A stretch of DNA of 64,000 bases, taken from the IMG/VR virus record IMGVR_UViG_3300048442_000818, positions 9,831 to 73,830 of that record; one strand, written 5' to 3'. The position numbers and the translations under genes are program-made. The notes under the pieces were generated by a model. That model did no database searches. It saw nothing but the letters and a program-made list of their open reading frames with translations, and had not been told where the DNA came from. Each line of letters opens with the position of its first letter. The first letter of the stretch is position 1. Below are positions 57,689 through 64,000 of this stretch, piece after piece. The stretch comes from a virus.

Positions 57689-57720
57689 AGAAACCTCCAA
57701 TCCTGGAGGTTTCTCTTTTT
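57689..57720 (+). terminator. Rho-independent terminator
   Basis: AGAAACCTCCA-ATCC-TGGAGGTTTCT plus T-tract. Confidence 0.75.
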
Positions 57721-57743
57721 GCAAAAAGAAAGGAATGAACCAA

Positions 57744-58253
57744 ATGAGTGATCTACAACTGGCATTCAATGCCACAACGAAAGCAGCCCGTATTCAGCTT
57801 GATGGTGCTACACCTCCTGCTGGTAGTACGGTAGTGGGTACATTTTCTTATCCTAATGATGATTCACGACCCTTAGGTCAAGACATTAATCATGTAGCTT
57901 ATCAAGAGGTGCAAGAAGTTCTGTACCAACAAGGTGTACTTGATATGGCTTCAGTGGTCATCACAAAGGATGAAGATGTAGACCTTGAACCAGTAGTGAA
58001 TGTCACTGCTGTTTTTCTTGGTCCTGATCCTGCTGATCTTGCTGTCAGTGACACGTACCAACTTTCAGTAGTTGTAGAACCAGACGATGCTACTGATAAG
58101 AGTGTGTCATTTGGATCATCCGATGAAGCTGTAGCTACTGTAGACAGCGAGGGTCTGGTTACGGCTGTAGCAGCCGGTACAGCAACCATTACGGTTACCA
58201 CCACTGACGGTGGATTCACTGCAACCAATGAGATTACTGTGGTTGCTGAATAA
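57744..58253 (+). CDS. Capsid decoration protein with Big_2 Ig-like domain (N4 gp17-like)
   Basis: P-DATDKSV---SSD--VATVD--G-VTAVA-GTATITVTT-DG; position after RNAP2. Confidence 0.8.
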   Translation: MSDLQLAFNATTKAARIQLDGATPPAGSTVVGTFSYPNDDSRPLGQDINHVAYQEVQEVLYQQGVLDMASVVITKDEDVDLEPVVNVTAVFLGPDPADLAVSDTYQLSVVVEPDDATDKSVSFGSSDEAVATVDSEGLVTAVAAGTATITVTTTDGGFTATNEITVVAE

Positions 58254-58292
58254 GCCGCTGCATAATCTTTTCCTTGGTTCCACCAACTAAAC

Positions 58293-58321
58293 AAAGCCCC
58301 TTAGAGATAAGGGGCTTTTTT
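58293..58321 (+). terminator. Rho-independent terminator
   Basis: AAAGCCCCTTA/TAAGGGGCTTT plus T-tract. Confidence 0.75.
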
Positions 58322-58345
58322 CGTTATAAAAATAGAGGCTTACTT

Positions 58346-58588
58346 ATGAGCCAAAGTAAAAAGCAAACCATGATTGAAGTAGTTACTAATACTTCAATTG
58401 GTTTTATAGGTAGTTGGTTAATCGTTTGGATGATTGTTCATCTAACTGAGAATTCGTTTTACGCAGCTACCCTTACCACTACGCTCTGCACTGTATGGAG
58501 CTTTGTACGTGGATATTGGGTACGTCGTTACTTCAATTACAGAGAGAAAAATCATGGGGTACAGAAATTTCCAAAGTGCAATAAATAG
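58346..58588 (+). CDS. Small membrane protein (MSQS---E---N---G...S--R-Y--RR-FN family)
   Basis: SD GAGG; two TM segments; common phage family pattern. Confidence 0.65.
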   Translation: MSQSKKQTMIEVVTNTSIGFIGSWLIVWMIVHLTENSFYAATLTTTLCTVWSFVRGYWVRRYFNYREKNHGVQKFPKCNK

Positions 58589-58760
58589 TGCAAGATCTGA
58601 TCCAAAAAGAAGAGATAGTTTTATTACCCACTGCAAACATGATAAACGCTATTATGTCATGTTTGGTTGGCCTGAATCTTCAATTCCTAACGGGCATAAG
58701 ATACTTGTCAGAGTAACTTTTGTACCTCTTGTTAAGGAGACAAATAATGTCAAAAAATAA
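58554..58760 (+). CDS. Hypothetical protein
   Basis: Overlapping operon arrangement. Confidence 0.5.
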   Translation: MGYRNFQSAINSARSDPKRRDSFITHCKHDKRYYVMFGWPESSIPNGHKILVRVTFVPLVKETNNVKK

Positions 58761-58977
58761 GAGAATGATTCCATACAATAGTTTAAAACACAGAGAAAGT
58801 TTATATAACTTTATCAGTGGTTGGATGGAAGGTATGGATGATCTTCCTGATGGTGCTTGGCAAGCTGTAATTGAAGAGGGTGTAGAAGAATTCTCTAAAC
58901 ACTACCTCATTGATATTGATAGCAATGATGGTTTTCATGAATATTTATCTGCTGAACAGGAGAACGAAAGTGAATAA
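58747..58977 (+). CDS. Hypothetical acidic protein (DDLPDGAW motif)
   Basis: SD AAGGAG. Confidence 0.6.
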   Translation: MSKNKRMIPYNSLKHRESLYNFISGWMEGMDDLPDGAWQAVIEEGVEEFSKHYLIDIDSNDGFHEYLSAEQENESE

Positions 58978-59272
58978 GTATTTCTATAAGCAATTCACTG
59001 ATCAATCAGATAAAGCCCATCAATGGGCTGTAATGAACCCCAGCGGTACTCTTTGTATTGCTTGGTGTTTGAATGAAAATGTCGCTAAGAAACTGACCCA
59101 AGAAATGAATGACAATGAGTCAGTTCGCATTAATCCTAAAGAACTTCCTGATGATCTTGACCTTACAACCAATAATGGTGATTGGCGTGGTGATGCTGAT
59201 TTTCGATCAGGTTGGAACAGTTGTCTGAACCATGTGAAAGACATTCTCATTCGTAAAATAATGGAGAACTAG
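58970..59272 (+). CDS. Hypothetical protein (GWN-C motif)
   Basis: GTG start with SD AGGAG. Confidence 0.55.
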   Translation: MNKYFYKQFTDQSDKAHQWAVMNPSGTLCIAWCLNENVAKKLTQEMNDNESVRINPKELPDDLDLTTNNGDWRGDADFRSGWNSCLNHVKDILIRKIMEN

Positions 59273-59274
59273 TT

Positions 59275-59712
59275 ATGGTCGGTAAATACCATATAGCATT
59301 TTTTATGTGCCATAACTGTAATAAAGAATGGGCAAGAATTTTCGGTATTAATCAATGTCCCAATTGTGAGTGGCAACCAACACCAGCAAACATCAACGCC
59401 CTGCCTGAAAAGATTCGTGAATATATTCATCATCTTGAAGCTAACTGTGATCCTGCTGGAACAGTTCAAGATGTAGCTATACTCAAAGATCAAGTAAGAG
59501 ATCTAGGTAAAGCTCTTCGTATGCTTCGTGATAATCAAACAGAAGAACCACTCAAACCAAAGTTTGAGGTTGGTATGCCTGTTAAAACGCCAGATGGTAT
59601 TGGTGTAATTCATAAAAAAGAAGATGATGGTATATGGACAGTACTCCACACCTGTGGTCTTCAAAAATTATTTGGAGAGAAGAAAATTATTCGATTATTC
59701 CCTGAAACCTAA
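59275..59712 (+). CDS. Hypothetical Zn-finger/coiled-coil/SH3-like mosaic protein
   Basis: CHNC...CPNC; INALPE--R-YIH-LE; KFEVG--V-TPDG-G. Confidence 0.6.
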   Translation: MVGKYHIAFFMCHNCNKEWARIFGINQCPNCEWQPTPANINALPEKIREYIHHLEANCDPAGTVQDVAILKDQVRDLGKALRMLRDNQTEEPLKPKFEVGMPVKTPDGIGVIHKKEDDGIWTVLHTCGLQKLFGEKKIIRLFPET

Positions 59713-59722
59713 TAGGTGATGT

Positions 59723-60022
59723 ATGGAAGATTTACCTAAATCACTAATAGATGCTGTACAAGAAGCAGATGATATATACCAAAAATTAGTTGATAAGTAT
59801 GAAGTGTTAGCTAATGCATCGCCTACAGGCCCAGTAGCTTCTCCGCATTTCAGGAATATATATGATGCAGTTAATCATATAAATAAACGAAGACAGCAAA
59901 TACAAGTATTAGTTAAAGACATCACCCAATTACGTAAAACAGAAGATTTTTATAGTGAAGATGTAAATCATGCTATGGAAATCATACGAGCATGTAAAAG
60001 AGAAATAGAAGAAGGTGAGTAG
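59723..60022 (+). CDS. Hypothetical protein
   Basis: SD AGGTG; 99 aa. Confidence 0.55.
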   Translation: MEDLPKSLIDAVQEADDIYQKLVDKYEVLANASPTGPVASPHFRNIYDAVNHINKRRQQIQVLVKDITQLRKTEDFYSEDVNHAMEIIRACKREIEEGE

Positions 60023-60138
60023 TTTATGATAGCACTTTGGTTTCTATTAGCAGTTATCGCATACTGCATATATTCATTAAAAACTGTCTTCTGTGGATTA
60101 TTGGAAGCATTTGAACATACTGATGATGAGGAAGAATC

Positions 60139-61281
60139 ATGACTGAGCAGCAGAGAAGTTTTAATCCGGATCAAGCCGCCATGGATGCAGTTTCTCGCAT
60201 CCAGGCCATCATGGCACTGGGGAAGTTTGGCGCCCAGAAATCAGCACAGATTCAGGACATCATCGCGGATACCATCCGCGCCTCCCTCTCCCATGCCAAG
60301 GGGGAGGCAGTAGGAGAAATCACGATTGACAAGCATGGTGATGCGCATTTCAGGGCCAGCCTAGGCTACCTAGACCTGGATCAAGGCACGTACGAACTCT
60401 ACACCCACCCCGCGCCCCAGGTGGCAGAGGAGCATATTCCCGTCCCACGAGCGCTGGTTGAGCATTGGGCTAATGTGGATGCGTTTCAGGCTCCGAAAGG
60501 CGCAGCAATGGAGCTGAAAACTATAGCCCAACAAATGCTTGCTAATTTTGATGCAAAGGCCCCTAAAACCGCGCCCCAGGTGGCGGTGCCAGAAGAAGCA
60601 ATAGCAGAGGTTGTTATCGAATCAGATTACTGGAATAGAGGGCATTTCCACGAGGGTCGTAAAAAAGAGATCAGAGTATTGAAAGGATTAAGGAACATAC
60701 CAGTCGGCACTTTGCTTTATTTTTACCCTGAGCCTCAGGTGGCGTCACTGGAGGAGTGCGTACAACTTGATCATTATGACGCTGGCATACTGAGTGGTAA
60801 TGATGATAGTCCAACATGTTGGTGGCATGATTATATTCGTTCCGAGTTAGATGCTGCTCATCAATTCTACCAGGAACAAGTTAATACAATAATTCTCCCC
60901 CATGCCGAGGAGGAGGCGTTTGGTTGGTTTACGGAGGATCATGACACGGACAAGTCCGCGACCACCTATGACCCCGTTGTTGCTGAGCGATGGCGAGCGA
61001 AAGGGTGGCCCGTCTGGCCGCTTTACACCCACCCCGCGCCCTCCCAGCAGCCTGTAAGCGATCCTGATGGAAAGTCGAAACAAGCTGCTTTACAGGATGA
61101 GGCAGGATTCACCCCACAGAGGCTGATGGAATCCGCTCCGAACGGATGCTGGGGACAGTCTGAGTATGTCCTCCGTAACTACGTAGACGGTATCCTACAC
61201 TCCGTTGACATCGGTGGTCACCGGTTTGTTCTGAAGCAAGCTTCCCCCGACCCGGATGAGCGGGAGCACTCCAATGACTGA
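60139..61281 (+). CDS. Mosaic accessory protein with repeated LYTHPAP/PQVA linkers (Ea/Ead-like)
   Basis: Internal nucleotide repeats; GC-richer than flanks. Confidence 0.65.
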   Translation: MTEQQRSFNPDQAAMDAVSRIQAIMALGKFGAQKSAQIQDIIADTIRASLSHAKGEAVGEITIDKHGDAHFRASLGYLDLDQGTYELYTHPAPQVAEEHIPVPRALVEHWANVDAFQAPKGAAMELKTIAQQMLANFDAKAPKTAPQVAVPEEAIAEVVIESDYWNRGHFHEGRKKEIRVLKGLRNIPVGTLLYFYPEPQVASLEECVQLDHYDAGILSGNDDSPTCWWHDYIRSELDAAHQFYQEQVNTIILPHAEEEAFGWFTEDHDTDKSATTYDPVVAERWRAKGWPVWPLYTHPAPSQQPVSDPDGKSKQAALQDEAGFTPQRLMESAPNGCWGQSEYVLRNYVDGILHSVDIGGHRFVLKQASPDPDEREHSND

Positions 61282-61549
61282 GCGCACAGACCGCGAGCTG
61301 CTGGAGCTGGCCGCGAAGGCGGCCGGAGAATGGCCGGAATCCTGGCATGACAGTGAAGCCTACTTTACCGGTGTGCTGTCTCGCTGGAACCCCCTGGAAG
61401 ACGACGGCGACGCATTCCGGCTAATGGTGGCGCTAGGCATCCGCCCGGAGTTTGATGGCTATGCAGAATTAGCGATGCAGGACGAGCTATATAAAACCCG
61501 CCGCGCCATCGTCCGCGCCGCTGCCGCCATGGCAGAGGGAGATAAATGA
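61274..61549 (+). CDS. Hypothetical protein of temperate-phage type (DRELLELAAKAAG...WNPL-DDGDA-RL...TRRAIV-AAA)
   Basis: High GC; SD GGGAG. Confidence 0.65.
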   Translation: MTERTDRELLELAAKAAGEWPESWHDSEAYFTGVLSRWNPLEDDGDAFRLMVALGIRPEFDGYAELAMQDELYKTRRAIVRAAAAMAEGDK

Positions 61550-61576
61550 TGATCCTTATTGTATGTGAGGTAAATT

Positions 61577-61771
61577 ATGTCTTATCTATATCGAATAGGG
61601 AAAGGGTCAACTAGACGTGTTATGCATCTTGCTAGGTATGGTGCATTAGGTGATATTAGTGGTCCTCTTTGCGGGAAAAAACTAGATCTTGATACTGCAA
61701 TCAATGTTCCGCATGATACACCAATATGTAAAGATTGTTATCGTATTTGGAAAAAGGCTAATAATTTATGA
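61577..61771 (+). CDS. Small Cys/His metal-binding protein
   Basis: H...LCG...CKDC; SD GAGG. Confidence 0.55.
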   Translation: MSYLYRIGKGSTRRVMHLARYGALGDISGPLCGKKLDLDTAINVPHDTPICKDCYRIWKKANNL

Positions 61772-61950
61772 ATGAGCGTATTGTTGGTGAGAAGCACCAC
61801 TCTGCTAAATTAACCGCAGAAAAAGTGCAAGAAATGAGATCTCTTGCTAGTACTCTTGGTATGCGGGGTGCTTGGCAAAAAGTAGCTCCTGAAGTTTCTT
61901 GGACCTCAGCTCATAGAGCTATCAATGGCCTAACCTGGAAACACTTATGA
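61768..61950 (+). CDS. Stand-alone HTH resembling the C-terminal DNA-binding domain of HNH endonucleases
   Basis: GEKH-SAKLT-E-V-E-R...VS------I-G-TWKH. Confidence 0.6.
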   Translation: MNERIVGEKHHSAKLTAEKVQEMRSLASTLGMRGAWQKVAPEVSWTSAHRAINGLTWKHL

Positions 61951-62147
61951 CTCGTTATATTCCAATTGATAATTGCGAACAATGCCCCTTTAAAGACCAT
62001 AAGGGGGCATTTGCTGAAGTATCATACGTCCCAGTATGCCGAAAAACGAATTGTATTCTTCCACATTCGATCGAAAAATCAGGTAATCAAACTGTCGCAA
62101 GACATTCTAATGAAATACCTGATTGGTGTCCTCTATCTAAACTATAG
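61947..62147 (+). CDS. Small Cys-rich protein
   Basis: C--CPF...C...IPDWCPL. Confidence 0.6.
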   Translation: MTRYIPIDNCEQCPFKDHKGAFAEVSYVPVCRKTNCILPHSIEKSGNQTVARHSNEIPDWCPLSKL

Positions 62148-62220
62148 CCATGGAAATATTAATTTTAATTTTTATATTAATATTTCTTTATGCTTGGTTA
62201 GGTCCATAAAGGTAAACAAA

Positions 62221-62511
62221 ATGTTCGTGAATAAAATATATGTGTTAATGAAATCCGGTGATATCCTAGAAACACATACCCAATTAACTGAAGAAGACAT
62301 TAAAGAACTTGAGTTTACAACTGGTGGAGCAGTTTGTGCTTTCAATACTGATATGATCCAAGATTGTAAACGCTATCGTGCTTTACGTGATCCTGATAAT
62401 TTCCCCCCTGATGAAAGTAATCCTGATGGTCCGAGCCTTTGGGATCAGCTCTGTAATCTTGAAGGTGATGACTTTGATCAATTTATTGATGAGCGCGTTC
62501 TAAAGGAATGA
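62221..62511 (+). CDS. Hypothetical protein (start uncertain)
   Basis: D--RYR-LR motif; coupled to next ORF. Confidence 0.5.
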   Translation: MFVNKIYVLMKSGDILETHTQLTEEDIKELEFTTGGAVCAFNTDMIQDCKRYRALRDPDNFPPDESNPDGPSLWDQLCNLEGDDFDQFIDERVLKE

Positions 62512-62735
62512 GTATTATGGGCAAAACATCTCAACGTAAACACCAAGCATTCCAAGAAGGTATAGAGGATGGGCGTAAAGGCTTACCTGTGCGATATAAT
62601 GTAAGACACCGATTTAGTGAACACTACATGAATGGTTATCGCAAGGGTCAATCTTTTAAAGATGCTAAAAAGAGAAAACCAGGAATGGGTATTCGTTTTG
62701 TTTTCTGGGTTATCAAAAAACTCGGAGTTGACTAA
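62508..62735 (+). CDS. Hypothetical protein
   Basis: ATGA coupling; EG-EDG...Y--GY-KG. Confidence 0.55.
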   Translation: MSIMGKTSQRKHQAFQEGIEDGRKGLPVRYNVRHRFSEHYMNGYRKGQSFKDAKKRKPGMGIRFVFWVIKKLGVD

Positions 62736-62962
62736 TGTCTAAATCTATTTTTGAAAGAGATCGCATACAGCGATATCTCAAACACATACTGGAAAACCCC
62801 GGTCATTATGTTCATATCCGTAAATTAAAAACTCCCCATAGCAAAACTTACAATCGTATTGAACGTCAAAAAACCATGGCATGTGTGGAGAAATCTCTAC
62901 AACTTATGGGTATTGAGTATGATCGCCCAGATAACAGTTATAAGATCATGGTGTACAAATGA
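62735..62962 (+). CDS. Hypothetical protein
   Basis: TAATG coupling. Confidence 0.55.
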   Translation: MSKSIFERDRIQRYLKHILENPGHYVHIRKLKTPHSKTYNRIERQKTMACVEKSLQLMGIEYDRPDNSYKIMVYK

Positions 62963-63315
62963 AACCTGATCGTCGTCATAAAATCATTCAAAAACTAGAA
63001 GATCGCTGTGACATTGTTGATACCGGTTTTGTTATTAACGGTAAACCCTCTCCCTGCCACCTCTGGACTGGACCAACCTCAGGTACAGGTCGTGGCGGTG
63101 GTTATGGGAGAATGTGTTTAGATGGACAAACAGTTGCCACACATATTGTGGCTTACACTCATTATTTTGGTTATGTCCCTCGTAAAAAACAGATAGATCA
63201 TCTCTGTAATCAACGATCTTGTTGTAACCCTGCTCACCTGGAATTAGTCACCCATCTCAAGAACCAACGAAGAAAAGTAGCTCGTGTTAAAGATAAACTA
63301 GCTACTGTTTCTTAA
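62959..63315 (+). CDS. HNH endonuclease-family protein
   Basis: C-LWTG, GYG, IDHLC-QR-CCNP-HLE-VT---N. Confidence 0.85.
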   Translation: MKPDRRHKIIQKLEDRCDIVDTGFVINGKPSPCHLWTGPTSGTGRGGGYGRMCLDGQTVATHIVAYTHYFGYVPRKKQIDHLCNQRSCCNPAHLELVTHLKNQRRKVARVKDKLATVS

Positions 63316-63376
63316 TCTATATTTCTTGTTTTGGTTCTAAACCTCTAATTCAAACTAGACACTTAGGATATTAATT

Positions 63377-63515
63377 ATGAGTGCTGATAAGCGTTCTGTG
63401 CATTACTTCTCGTAATCCTGGTGAAGAAGATGTTCGTTGTACTCCGTTAGGTCATTTATGTCCTGAAGATCCTATAGCTGCCTATATCCCACCAGACAAA
63501 AGGATAACTCACTAA
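63377..63515 (+). pseudogene. Possible deletion remnant / frameshifted small gene
   Basis: SD AGGA + MSADKRSV start stops after 12 codons while another frame continues to TAA overlapping next ATG. Confidence 0.3.
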
Positions 63516-64000
63516 TGACAGTTGATCTCTATCGTTCTACTCCCCGTCAGGTTCGTAAATTCGTAGCTGAGTGTTTGCAGGCTGGTTTGGTTCCCTATGT
63601 GGAATCAAGCCCAGGTATGGGTAAATCCAGTATCATGCGAGCACTTGCTGATGAGTATAATCTGGAATTGATTGACCACCGTCTAAGTACCAGTGCTCCA
63701 GAAGATCTATCTGGTCTACCTCGTTTTGATGAAAATGGACAAGCTCGCTTCAGTCCCTTTGCTGATCTGTTCCCTATTGAGGGTACAAAACTACCTGAAG
63801 GTAAACAGGGCTGGATGCTATTCCTGGATGAGTTTAACTCTGCCAGTAAATCTGTACAGGCTGCCGCTTATAAACTCATCCTGGACCGTATGGTAGGTCA
63901 GCATAAGCTTCATCCTAACGTAGTGATCACAGCGGCTGGTAACCTGTCTACTGACCGGGCTATTACTAATCCCATCAGTACAGCCATGCAGTCACGGGTT
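63515..64000 (+). CDS. MoxR-like AAA+ ATPase (N4 gp24-like), partial
   Basis: MTVDLYRS..., Walker A SSPGMGKS, Walker B LFLDE, AAGN; open to window end. Confidence 0.85.
   Translation, partial: MTVDLYRSTPRQVRKFVAECLQAGLVPYVESSPGMGKSSIMRALADEYNLELIDHRLSTSAPEDLSGLPRFDENGQARFSPFADLFPIEGTKLPEGKQGWMLFLDEFNSASKSVQAAAYKLILDRMVGQHKLHPNVVITAAGNLSTDRAITNPISTAMQSRV

Noticed and set aside
61966-62220. N-terminal half of the 181-aa ORF 61966-62511
   Set aside because: Overlaps the 61947-62147 gene and an AT-rich spacer; real start is probably 62221 or 62248

Overview
This window is most of the genome of an N4-like lytic podovirus (Schitoviridae), apparently circularly permuted so that the genome-end/early-promoter region falls at about 51-52 kb. 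On the + strand, 1-17 kb holds the rIIA end, rIIB, Dda-like helicase, family A DNA polymerase, an out-of-place three-gene collagen/DUF285 fibre module, exonuclease, primase, Sak4-like ATPase, SSB and RusA. On the - strand, 17-51 kb holds a 3916-aa virion RNA polymerase, ejection proteins, capsid, portal, lysis cassette, tail/adhesin genes and terminase. On the + strand, 52-64 kb holds a vRNAP hairpin promoter, gp1/gp2-like activators, the two-subunit RNAP II, a capsid decoration protein, many small accessory ORFs and the start of an AAA ATPase. Most notable: (1) an ADP-ribosyltransferase-like (ART-PolyVal-type H..Y..E) domain inserted in the injected vRNAP, plus an early SLOG + macrodomain-like gene pair, which suggests an NAD+/ADP-ribose host-takeover system; (2) a three-domain candidate anti-defence sponge fusion; (3) two strand-asymmetric hairpins whose mismatches are mostly tandem GA/GA pairs; (4) a vRNAP promoter with a non-canonical GCA template triloop and a recurring TTTYYTGGTT intergenic motif. 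All family assignments are from motif recognition and N4 synteny by eye; no searches were run.
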